A DNA stretch of 64,000 bases, from the NCBI GenBank assembly GCA_964619675.1, contig CAZUEO010000003.1, positions 56,186 through 120,185 on the forward strand. The letters run 5' to 3'. The notes beneath the pieces are model-generated. The model did not search any database. It was given only the letters and a program-made list of their open reading frames with translations, and had not been told where the DNA came from. Made by a program: the position numbers and the translations under genes. Source of the stretch: an uncultured Planctomycetaceae bacterium. GTDB taxonomy: Bacteria > Planctomycetota > Phycisphaerae > Sedimentisphaerales > UBA12454. The first letter of the stretch is position 1; each line of letters begins with the position of its first letter. Shown piece by piece: positions 55,550 through 64,000 of this stretch.

Positions 55550-56353
55550 ATGAAAGCAGAACATCGCCATGAATTGAAAACAAATGAGCTGGCCGACTGG
55601 ATTGTGCATTTTCCGCAGTGGTTTGAGGAAAATAAAACGACTGTAATTGTCGGGGCGGTTATAGTCGCGGGTCTTATCGTTTATACAATATTCTTTTACA
55701 GCAGGCAGGGCAGGGTCTGGGAACAAAAACAGGTAATGACCACTGCACTGCTTGAACAGCTCGCCTGGCAAAAACAGACCGTTCTGCAGGGTAGAGTGCA
55801 GGGACTGGGCGTTTCGGATACCTTTCTCAACACAGCGGGAAGTCTCGGCGCCGCTGCCGAAGAGGCTGATAATCCGCTTTTGTCGGCGCTGGCAATGATT
55901 AAAAGGGCCGAGGCTCTTCGCACAGAGCTTCACTATCGGCCCCGGCCGGCCGAACCTGATGTGCAGAAACAGCAGCTCGAACAAGCCAAAAGCGTTTATG
56001 AACAGGCACTTGGAAAAGCCCAGGGCGACCCTTATATATCGGCTATGGCCGAATACGGAATAGCTCTGTGCCTGGAAGGTATGGGAGATTTTGAAGGGGC
56101 TAAGAAACTTTATGAAAAAATAGCCAACTGGCCCCAGTATCAGGGCGGTTCGTTCACGGCAAGGGCAAAATTCCGTGCTGAAACTATGAGCGACTATAAG
56201 GAAAAAGTCTTTTTTTCAAAGGTTGAGCCGTCTAAACAAATACCTGAGCAGCAAAGTAACAAGCAGCTCTACGGACCGCTAAAGTCGCTGGCGCCAACAA
56301 TTGAGACAAATATTGCATCACAGGAAGATTTGGACTTTAATTTGGCCAAATAG
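55550..56353 (+). CDS. Single-TM, TPR-containing YfgM-like protein
   Basis: The N-terminus is HELKTNELADW, followed by one TM helix and a TPR-like periplasmic part. Confidence 0.45.
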   Translation: MKAEHRHELKTNELADWIVHFPQWFEENKTTVIVGAVIVAGLIVYTIFFYSRQGRVWEQKQVMTTALLEQLAWQKQTVLQGRVQGLGVSDTFLNTAGSLGAAAEEADNPLLSALAMIKRAEALRTELHYRPRPAEPDVQKQQLEQAKSVYEQALGKAQGDPYISAMAEYGIALCLEGMGDFEGAKKLYEKIANWPQYQGGSFTARAKFRAETMSDYKEKVFFSKVEPSKQIPEQQSNKQLYGPLKSLAPTIETNIASQEDLDFNLAK

Positions 56354-56360
56354 CCTTCCG

Positions 56361-57398
56361 ATGAACGAGCAAAGGCTTACAGAAGAAGACGTAAATAAGC
56401 AGAACAATCAGGAGCCGCTTGAACAGCCCGACGGCGCTGAGCATCTTACCCTTAGAGTCGGAAACAACATAACAAATCGCAGACTTGATAAATACCTTCA
56501 GGGCAGATTAAGCCGGTTTAGCAGAACAGTCCTTCAGAAGCTCATAAAGGAACAGGCAGTAACCACCAACGGCAAGACCGCCAAGCCCAGCAGTAAACTG
56601 TCGCCGGGTGATGTTGTGGATTTGATTCTGCCGCCGCCGGAGATCAAGGAAATTGTGCCGGAAAATATCCCGCTGAATATTATTTATGAAGACGATGATA
56701 TTATCGTTATCAACAAGCAAGCGGACCTTATTGTTCATCCTGCCAGATGCTATAAGAAGGGTACGCTTGTTAATGCCCTTGCATATCATTCAAAACAGCT
56801 TTCAAAAGGCAGCGAGGAATTTCGGCCCGGCATAGTTCACAGGCTCGACCGAAATACCACAGGCGCGCTTGTTATTGCGAAAAACGATACCGCACACTGG
56901 CGGCTGGCAAGGCAATTTGAAAAGAGGCTTACCAGAAAGCATTATCTTGCGGTTGTTCAGGGTGTGCCGGAGCTCGCGGCCGATTGCATAAATAAGCCGC
57001 TGGCTGTGCATCCGGTAATACGCGAGAGATTTGCAGTCAGGCCCCGAATCGGCAAAGAAGCAATAACATATTATGAGGTTATTGAAAAATTCAGGGGATA
57101 TTCATTACTGAAACTCGATATAAGAACAGGCAGGACGCATCAGATACGTGTTCATATGTCTTACATCAAGCACCCGATAGTCGGCGATGAGATGTATGGC
57201 GGCAAAATTGTCTATCGGTGGCAAATCGAGGATAAACAGGCCCAGCCTCAGGAGCCGTTAATAGGCAGACCTGCTCTTCATGCCTGGCAGCTTGAATTGA
57301 CGCATCCGACGACGAATAAAAAAATGACTTTCGAAGCACCGCTGCCGAGTGATTTTCAGCAGTTGCTCGAGGAACTGAGAAGGTTCAGATGTGTCTGA
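56361..57398 (+). CDS. rluD: RluA-family 23S rRNA pseudouridine synthase (RluD-like)
   Basis: An S4 domain, HRLDRNTTGALVIAK and GRTHQIRVHM are present. Confidence 0.9.
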   Translation: MNEQRLTEEDVNKQNNQEPLEQPDGAEHLTLRVGNNITNRRLDKYLQGRLSRFSRTVLQKLIKEQAVTTNGKTAKPSSKLSPGDVVDLILPPPEIKEIVPENIPLNIIYEDDDIIVINKQADLIVHPARCYKKGTLVNALAYHSKQLSKGSEEFRPGIVHRLDRNTTGALVIAKNDTAHWRLARQFEKRLTRKHYLAVVQGVPELAADCINKPLAVHPVIRERFAVRPRIGKEAITYYEVIEKFRGYSLLKLDIRTGRTHQIRVHMSYIKHPIVGDEMYGGKIVYRWQIEDKQAQPQEPLIGRPALHAWQLELTHPTTNKKMTFEAPLPSDFQQLLEELRRFRCV

Positions 57399-57416
57399 AA
57401 AACCTGTGGAAGTTTA

Positions 57417-58097
57417 TTACTGTGGCAGTTTGGCAAGGTCGGCATCTGAGCCTGCGACCATCAGGATATCACCTTCGTAAATAACGGTGTCCGGCAGCGG
57501 GACGTTTATTATTTCACCTTTTTTCTTCGTATCGTTGGTTTTTTCGCCTCTTTTTATTGAGACAAGATTGACGCCGTATTTCTGGCGAAACTGCAGGTCG
57601 AGAACGGTTTTCTCGTGATAGCTTGCAGGAGCAATTACGCTTGCAATTGAATAACCGGGAGCGAAATCAATCTTATCGGTTATCTGCGGAGTAATCAGTT
57701 TATAGGCCCACCGCTGGGCAGATTCGATTTCAGGATAAATGACTTCTGTGGCGCCGACTTTTGACAGGACCTGCCCCTGAATAAGGTTTTCCGCACGGGC
57801 GTAAATCCGCTGCACACCTATTGTCTTTAAATTTACGACGGTGAGTATCGAAGATTCAAAGCCGCGGCCGCCCTGACCTATGCCGACAATCGCAACATTG
57901 ACTTTATCAATCCCCTGAGCGCGCAGGGCATCCTCGTCAGTGCTGTCGAGCCTTACGGCGTGTGTAACCTCATCGCGAATCTGTTCGATTATCTCGCGAT
58001 TCTGGTCGATTGCAATTACCTCTGCCTGGCTCATTGTAAGTGTAATGGCAAGCTTCTGGCCGAAACGTCCGAGACCTATTACTGCAAACTTTCTCAT
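57417..58097 (-). CDS. ktrA: K+ uptake system NAD-binding subunit KtrA/TrkA
   Basis: FAVIGLGRFGQKLA is the RCK_N motif. A C-terminal RCK_C domain follows. Confidence 0.85.
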   Translation of the reverse strand: MRKFAVIGLGRFGQKLAITLTMSQAEVIAIDQNREIIEQIRDEVTHAVRLDSTDEDALRAQGIDKVNVAIVGIGQGGRGFESSILTVVNLKTIGVQRIYARAENLIQGQVLSKVGATEVIYPEIESAQRWAYKLITPQITDKIDFAPGYSIASVIAPASYHEKTVLDLQFRQKYGVNLVSIKRGEKTNDTKKKGEIINVPLPDTVIYEGDILMVAGSDADLAKLPQ

Positions 58098-58115
58098 TTT
58101 TTCCCTTTAGCTAAA

Positions 58116-59168
58116 TTATTTTTCTGGTAATCTTTCCACAAAAGCACGCAGTCGGGGCAGACTATCAGGGTAATTCTGCTGTATAAATTCCACAAGTTTT
58201 TCCCTGACATAACATCGAAGGTTCCAGGCAGTGGGTGCATCTGCTGCGCTCATTAAAGCTCGTAATTCGATAGTTTTGTCTGTAGTGTTTGTAACCTGGA
58301 GGGCGCCAACTTTACCATCCCACATTCCGGAACTTTGTAATATATTTTGCAGTTGTTTTCGTACTGCTTCCACCGGCACGGTGTAATCGCAGTAGATGAA
58401 CACGGGGCCGAGCAGGTCAGATGTCGAACGAGTCCAGTTCTGGAAAGGTTTTTCTATGAAGTAAGTTATCGGCACAATCAGCCGTCTCAAGTCCCATATT
58501 TTCACGATAACATATGTTAGGGTTATTTCTTCGATTCTGCCCCATTCGTTTTCAACTATGACAACGTCGTCTATCCGAATCGGCTGAGTGAACGCCAATT
58601 GAAGGCCCGCGATAAAAGTACCGATGGTTCGCTGGGCAGCAATTCCGACTACGATACCGATTATTCCGGCGGAAGCTAAAATTGTGCCGCCAAGCTGCCG
58701 AACTTTTTCGAAAGACATCAGCGTAATTCCAAACGCCAGAACCAGTACCGTAATTATAACGATTCTTTTAAATATGCCGAGCTGAGTGAGGACTTTACGA
58801 GCTTTCAAATTATCCTTAACGTTTATGTTGAATTTACTGAGAACAAAATCGTCAAGAACATAAGTAAGTTTTATAAAGAACCACGCAACTATTGCGATAA
58901 AAAGAAAGCTTAAGATACGGGTTGACTTTTCAATATAAACATCACGTACTGTTAGAGGCAGAAGCCATCGGTATATCAGCAAAATGCCAATCCAGTTTAA
59001 GGGCCGAAAACAGTGTTTTACAAAAGAGTGGTCGATGGTGGTTTGGGTGCGGTTTGCAAGTTTTATAAGCAGTTTGAAAATGAAAAAGTGTCCAATCAAA
59101 CCTGCAAGAACCGCAATTGCCGACAACCAGACGAACCACTCTATATTTTGCCAGGAATTCATCATCAA
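58116..59168 (-). CDS. MscS-family mechanosensitive channel
   Basis: About 4 TM helices precede the conserved IGTFIAGLQLAFTQPIRIDDVVIVENEWGRIEEITLTYV. Confidence 0.8.
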   Translation of the reverse strand: MMMNSWQNIEWFVWLSAIAVLAGLIGHFFIFKLLIKLANRTQTTIDHSFVKHCFRPLNWIGILLIYRWLLPLTVRDVYIEKSTRILSFLFIAIVAWFFIKLTYVLDDFVLSKFNINVKDNLKARKVLTQLGIFKRIVIITVLVLAFGITLMSFEKVRQLGGTILASAGIIGIVVGIAAQRTIGTFIAGLQLAFTQPIRIDDVVIVENEWGRIEEITLTYVIVKIWDLRRLIVPITYFIEKPFQNWTRSTSDLLGPVFIYCDYTVPVEAVRKQLQNILQSSGMWDGKVGALQVTNTTDKTIELRALMSAADAPTAWNLRCYVREKLVEFIQQNYPDSLPRLRAFVERLPEK

Positions 59169-59236
59169 GAAATTATAAAATTATTAAAAGTATCTCAGTT
59201 TTTATATTTTAACAGTGCAAATGAAACATTCAATTC

Positions 59237-60985
59237 TTATCCCACAATCACAGGTTCTGTCGGGTAATTATAACGGGCCGGTTTTATATTGAAAGTCAAA
59301 ACGGCGAGCAGCGTAAGCGGCCCGAGTCTGCCAATCAGCATAGTAATAATGATAATAATTTTTCCTGCCGCTGTCAAAGCCGGCGTAATTCCGCAGCTAA
59401 GCCCCACAGTTCCAAGGGCAGAAGCAGTTTCAAAGACTACGGCAGAGGTTTCAAAACTGCTGTACCTTTCGGTGATGGTAAGAGCAAATACTGAAACCAG
59501 CAGAACAGCCGCAAAGAACATCGTAACCGTCATTGCCCTGTAAACCATCGAAGTGTGAATGGAACGTCTGAATATTTCGACTTCACTGCGTTTTCGGACA
59601 GTGGTATAGCAGGCCATAATAATAAGGGCAAGCGTTACGGTTTTGATACCGCCTGCCGTGCCGCCGGGCGAGCCGCCTATAAGCATCAATACAATAAGTA
59701 TCATCTTGTCGGGGGTCGAAAGAGCATTGATATCGATGGTGTTGAACCCTGCTGTCCTGGCGGTTATGGACTGGAAAAATGCATCGCCGACAGTTAAATT
59801 GTCTTTGCCATCACTGCCTATGGCGTTAGCCTGGAAAATCATCAGCGCGATTGCCCCTGTTACAATCAGAATAGCTGTTACGGTCAGAGCAATTTTTGTC
59901 TGAAGCTGGATACGTTTGGGCTGCCTGCCCGAAGGGGGCTGCTTTGTGAAAAGCCTAATTAGGAAATGTTTTATTTTATTGAAGGACACGTCGCAGATGT
60001 TTTCAAGGACTCCAAAACCAAGACCGCCGAGAACTATCAGCGGACAAATCACCGCATAAACGGGGCTGTAGATGCGATATCGCGTCAGACTGTCTGAAAA
60101 TAATCCCAGGCCTGAATTACAGAAGGTACTTATCGAGTGAAAAATGCTGCAGAACCACTTGCTGCTGATATGTGGGGGCAGCGGTCCTGTTTTTTGCCAC
60201 ATATTCAAAAGAACGATAGCCCCGGCAGTTTCAATTAAAACGGTGGCGATGAAAACGAAGGCAATTGAACGTGTAATTCGTCCGACAGTCTGAGCGCTGA
60301 GCAGGTCCTGCATAGCGGCAGATTGCCTGACATTAAGCGACTGACCGAAAAGCAGTGCAAATACAGCTCCAAAAATCACTATGCCAAGTCCGCCGAGCTG
60401 AATCATTGCCAGGATAACAGCTTGTCCTGCTAATGTAAAATCCTGCCCCGTCCGGAGAACCGTAAGCCCTGTAACGCAGGTAGCGCTGCTGGCAGTGAAA
60501 AGTGCATCGACGAAACTAATCGAAGAGCCGACATGGCAGCGGGGAAGCATTAGTAAGCCGGCGCCGGAAAAAATGATGACAAGAAAAGAGCCGATGAAAG
60601 TGCCGGCAGGGCTTTTAGCCGAAGCGGCGAGATTGACCATAGTTCTGCATATCTTGGTTATTATCTGAAGCAGCAGATATACTGAAAGAGCTATAAGAGA
60701 ATTAGCTGTGAGAAAGAGAATCAATAAAACCGCGACAAACAGAAACTCGTACCACCACAAAGAAAGAAAATCCTTTTTTGAATAGGCGTTGAAGAACCTT
60801 ATGAATTTCTCAGCTATGAAAAAGACCGTAGCGGCAGTATATACCGGGTATATCAGCGAAACGGGGAATACCCGCCGGTAAAAACCCAGCTGCAATAAGG
60901 CGATTCCCACTACGGCAGTAGTTACGGCGACATTCGTTAATATCAACAGCCTTTCGAGCGTTTTATTTTTATAAAGAATATCCAT
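59237..60985 (-). CDS. ktrB: K+ transporter membrane subunit TrkH/KtrB
   Basis: Repeated M1-P-M2 units carry SATCVTGL, CNSGLG, RTAGFN and LGTVGLS pore loops. Confidence 0.85.
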   Translation of the reverse strand: MDILYKNKTLERLLILTNVAVTTAVVGIALLQLGFYRRVFPVSLIYPVYTAATVFFIAEKFIRFFNAYSKKDFLSLWWYEFLFVAVLLILFLTANSLIALSVYLLLQIITKICRTMVNLAASAKSPAGTFIGSFLVIIFSGAGLLMLPRCHVGSSISFVDALFTASSATCVTGLTVLRTGQDFTLAGQAVILAMIQLGGLGIVIFGAVFALLFGQSLNVRQSAAMQDLLSAQTVGRITRSIAFVFIATVLIETAGAIVLLNMWQKTGPLPPHISSKWFCSIFHSISTFCNSGLGLFSDSLTRYRIYSPVYAVICPLIVLGGLGFGVLENICDVSFNKIKHFLIRLFTKQPPSGRQPKRIQLQTKIALTVTAILIVTGAIALMIFQANAIGSDGKDNLTVGDAFFQSITARTAGFNTIDINALSTPDKMILIVLMLIGGSPGGTAGGIKTVTLALIIMACYTTVRKRSEVEIFRRSIHTSMVYRAMTVTMFFAAVLLVSVFALTITERYSSFETSAVVFETASALGTVGLSCGITPALTAAGKIIIIITMLIGRLGPLTLLAVLTFNIKPARYNYPTEPVIVG

Positions 60986-61084
60986 AACGATATTATTTTA
61001 TCCTGATTATGGGATATTTCCAGATAAATAAAAAGGCCGCGAGATAGCCTCGCAGCCTTGGAATTTTACCGAAATTAACGTCGG

Positions 61085-64000
61085 CTACGTTGTTTTTCTC
61101 CTGAAAAGGACAATCCAACCGAACGTTAGCAAAGTAATCGTTGCCGGCTCGGGAATGACGCCGATTTCGCCAAAGCTGTACAAGGACGATGTATCCCACT
61201 CTAACCCTGTTGGAAGGGCTGGCAGGCCAATTGTATCAAATTCGCCGAAAAGGTTGGCCGGTTCGAAATCGAGGATGTCGAACATGTTGCCAAACTGTGG
61301 GACAAAGTCATCTATAAGTGCGATGTTCAGTATACCATCAAGGAAAAAATCGCCCGCTACATCGAACGCGTCATACTCATCGCCACGAATCAGGCCGCCC
61401 AGCTCCATTATCAGTGTTGAGCCCGAACCAAGAATCACATTTGTATCAAAGATCATAGTGCCGGGGCTGCTGCCCGGGCTAATGACATCGAGGAACATAG
61501 CGGTTCCGTTGCCGCCGAAAGTGCCTGAGCCGCTGACATCATCAAAGAAAACGGCAGTTGAACCGGCTTGTATATCGCAGGTGCCGTCGTTTATAACAGA
61601 GCCGATGACCTCGAGGTCGCCGCCGCCGACTCCGATATGACTTTTGTTAGTTAGGCCACCACTGCGAAAGGTCCCGTAGCCTGTGATAGAGCTATTGTTG
61701 GTAATGTTATGATTGGCGTTATCGAATGAGCCGCCCTGCAGGGCAATGTCGCCGCGATTGGTCTTCATGCCCTGAGTAACAAAGACGGTTGAATCGTCGA
61801 GGGCTTCTATGCGGCCGGTACTGTTGTTTGTAAAGTCGGAGCCGGCGAGCGTCAGTGTTCCGCCGGAGGCCCGGACGGTGCCATCGTTATCCACTGAGTT
61901 TGAGAACCAGCCCTGGCCGAGGATTGTACCTGTATTCAAAATTGTGTCGCCGGAAAAAGTGGCGTTGGAACCATTAAGTACAATCGTGCCGTCGTTGAAG
62001 AGAGGTGTTAATACATTAATGCCTGCGCCGTCGTCGACTCTCATCTCGCCGCCGTTAATGTTGTCGGTCATGTCGGAGATAAGCAGTGTGGAGTCACCAT
62101 CGGCGTGTATGAGCCCGCCGTCGTTGGTAATCTGGCTGCCGATTGCGCTTCCACCGCGGATGATACCGCCTGGATGATTGGTAACCGTTCCGCTGCCGCT
62201 GATTGAGCCGCCGTCTAAGTCGACGGTGCCGTAGTTGTCCAGCCCGCCGTTCTGACGGAGCATCTCGCTGGTGGAGATATTGACCGAGCCGTAATTGTCC
62301 ATCTCTCCGTTAACTGTCAGCACGTCATCTAAATTGATGGTACCGTAATTATTCAGGGCATGGTTAACTGTGCCCTTGGCAGAAAAACTGGCGCCGTAGT
62401 CATTGGTAACTGTCCCGGGGCCTGCGATCATGCCGCCGGACATACTCATTGAAGAGCTATTGGTCAAACCGCTGGCGGTGTTCACCAAACCGCCGTTACC
62501 GATGGATAGGGAGCCATCGTTTTGAAGCTCATCGCTATATACTGTGCCATTGTTGACATTTAGTATCGCGCCTGAAGCGACGGTCGTAGTGCCGTTCTGC
62601 ACATCGAGTACCTGGCCGCTTGTCATGCTTAAATAAGAACCCAGAGGGCTGGTACCGGAGATGAACGCATGGCCGGTAGTAATCTCGAGCTCGCCGCCTG
62701 TGAAGTTCATGGGGGTGTCGGGCGAGCCAGACAGATACTTAACCGAGAGTTTCCCGCCGGAGAGGTTCACCGTGCCCCTATCACCGATGACGAAATTGCC
62801 GCCAGTGGTTACTTGTGCATCATTACTGACGTTGAGCGTGGCGGTGGCGTAGTCATCGTAGCCGACGTATAGGTCGTCACTGCCGGTGTCCCAGCTTGAG
62901 CCATAGCCATCGACGGTTACAGTGCCATCGGAACCGGCTTCGTGACCGATGTAACCCTCGCCGCTGGTAACATCCGCGCCGTTGGTGATATTAAGTGTGC
63001 CGGTGCCAGAGTTGCCGACATACATACTGTCGGTTCCTGTGTCCCATGTCGAGCCGGAACCATCGACCGTTGCGGTGCCCGTCGAGCCGCTATAGCGACC
63101 AATGTAGCCGGTGTCGCTGGTCACATCTGCGCCGTTGGTGATATTAAGTGTGCCGGTGCCAGAGTCGCCGACATACATGCAGGAGGTGCCTGTGTCCCAT
63201 GTCGAGCCGGAACCATCGACAATCACGGTGCCTTCGGAACCAGATTCGTGACCAATTGAACCTTCGCCGCTGGTAACATCCGCGCTGTTGGTGATATTAA
63301 GTGTGCCGGTGCCTGAGTTGCCGACATACATGCTGCCGGTTCCTGTGTCCCATGTTGAGCCGAAACCATCGACCGTTGCGGTGCCCGTCGAGCTGCTATT
63401 GTTACCGATGTAGCTGCGGCCGCTGGTAACATCCGCACCATTGGAGATATTGAGTGTGCCGGTGCCCCCAGCGCCGACATATAAGTTGTCGATTCCTGTG
63501 TCCCATGTCGAGCCGTCGCCATCGACAGTCACTGTGCCAGTCGAACCGGTATTGGTACCAATGCTGCCGGTGCCGCTGGTAACATCCGCACCGTTGGTAA
63601 TATTGAGCGTGCCGGTGCCATCCTCGCGGCCGACATACAGGTAGTTGCCTCCTGTGTTCCATGTCGAGCCGGAGCCATCGACAGTCGCTGTGCCCGTCGA
63701 GCCGGTAGAGTAACCGATGAGGCTGGCGCTGCTGGTAACATCCGCACCGTTGGTGATATCGAGCGTGCCTGTGCCAAAGTAGCCGGTGTAAAGTCCCACA
63801 AACGAGCCTGTCGTCCCAGAATTGTTAAAAGTAATGGACCCGCCGTCTGCGGTAATAACGGTGTCGATAGTCGTAGGCGAGCCGGAATTGATGGTCAGCT
63901 CGTCGCTGGAAGATGGCGTGCCGTTAGGGTTCCAGTTTGCGTTTGTCCACCACTCGTTGTCGGTTTCGCCGTCCCACGTACGGGTCGTTGCCCCGGCCGG
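61085..64000 (-). CDS. PEP-CTERM-anchored giant protein with autotransporter-associated beta-strand repeats (5' end outside window)
   Basis: The C-terminus is VIPEPATITLLTFGWIVLFRRK (PEP-CTERM). The frame stays open upstream of GTG 63799 to the window edge (...WDGETDNEWWTNANWNPNGTP...). The repeats read GTGTLNITNGADVTSG...GSTGTATVDGSGSTWDTG. Confidence 0.8.
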   Translation of the reverse strand, partial: PAGATTRTWDGETDNEWWTNANWNPNGTPSSSDELTINSGSPTTIDTVITADGGSITFNNSGTTGSFVGLYTGYFGTGTLDITNGADVTSSASLIGYSTGSTGTATVDGSGSTWNTGGNYLYVGREDGTGTLNITNGADVTSGTGSIGTNTGSTGTVTVDGDGSTWDTGIDNLYVGAGGTGTLNISNGADVTSGRSYIGNNSSSTGTATVDGFGSTWDTGTGSMYVGNSGTGTLNITNSADVTSGEGSIGHESGSEGTVIVDGSGSTWDTGTSCMYVGDSGTGTLNITNGADVTSDTGYIGRYSGSTGTATVDGSGSTWDTGTDSMYVGNSGTGTLNITNGADVTSGEGYIGHEAGSDGTVTVDGYGSSWDTGSDDLYVGYDDYATATLNVSNDAQVTTGGNFVIGDRGTVNLSGGKLSVKYLSGSPDTPMNFTGGELEITTGHAFISGTSPLGSYLSMTSGQVLDVQNGTTTVASGAILNVNNGTVYSDELQNDGSLSIGNGGLVNTASGLTNSSSMSMSGGMIAGPGTVTNDYGASFSAKGTVNHALNNYGTINLDDVLTVNGEMDNYGSVNISTSEMLRQNGGLDNYGTVDLDGGSISGSGTVTNHPGGIIRGGSAIGSQITNDGGLIHADGDSTLLISDMTDNINGGEMRVDDGAGINVLTPLFNDGTIVLNGSNATFSGDTILNTGTILGQGWFSNSVDNDGTVRASGGTLTLAGSDFTNNSTGRIEALDDSTVFVTQGMKTNRGDIALQGGSFDNANHNITNNSSITGYGTFRSGGLTNKSHIGVGGGDLEVIGSVINDGTCDIQAGSTAVFFDDVSGSGTFGGNGTAMFLDVISPGSSPGTMIFDTNVILGSGSTLIMELGGLIRGDEYDAFDVAGDFFLDGILNIALIDDFVPQFGNMFDILDFEPANLFGEFDTIGLPALPTGLEWDTSSLYSFGEIGVIPEPATITLLTFGWIVLFRRKTT
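62830..63800. repeat. At least 6-7 tandem copies of a 153-bp (51-codon) unit inside the PEP-CTERM gene
   Basis: The marker GATATTAAGTGTGCC and its variants recur at 62987, 63140, 63293, 63446, 63599 and 63755. The offsets are 153, 153, 153, 153 and 156. Confidence 0.85.

Noticed and set aside
62917-63801. Multiple 60-105-aa ORFs in alternative frames on both strands
   Set aside because: They are by-products of the GC-rich 153-bp tandem repeats inside the PEP-CTERM gene. Their periodic, Ala/Arg/Pro-rich translations have no independent support.

Overview
This is a 64-kb window from a diderm bacterium. The lpxC-fabZ fusion, a SpoIVB/S55-like protease and a PEP-CTERM protein with autotransporter-type beta-strand repeats suggest a PVC-superphylum genome (Planctomycetota/Phycisphaerae-like); that assignment is inference only. 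Most of the window is housekeeping core: glmU-prs-ctc-pth, rpsF-ssb-rpsR-rplI-dnaB, bamA-skp-lpxD-lpxC/fabZ-lpxA, uvrA, mtnA, ilvBN...ilvC, corA, nrdR, ribE-pdxA-rsmA, rluD and ktrB-mscS-ktrA. Four AT-richer accessory patches interrupt it. (1) 1-3845 holds a HEPN gene tail and an m5C methyltransferase / HNH endonuclease / Vsr restriction-modification cassette bracketed by a 14-bp inverted repeat. (2) 27040-31300 is a two-gene island: a 1072-aa PglX/MmeI-like N6-adenine methyltransferase abutting a stand-alone Mrr-like PD-(D/E)xK nuclease. This is my best candidate for an undescribed defence or R-M architecture. (3) 35464-39300 is a 3.8-kb insertion splitting ilvBN from ilvC. It carries two orphan membrane proteins, a promoter/terminator-bounded candidate sRNA flanked by direct repeats, and an HNH-AP2 homing-endonuclease-like gene. 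(4) 44324-45170 is an 850-bp spacer between nrdR and a thyA-like gene, containing NrdR boxes and a tandem pair of structured elements. The larger intergenic spacers also share an unusual build: short runs of degenerate heptanucleotides kept in a common 7-nt register, with modules shared between distant spacers. No rRNA, CRISPR array, transposase or integrase was seen. One tRNA, tRNA-Gln(UUG), is present. All family assignments come from motif recognition by eye; no database search was run.
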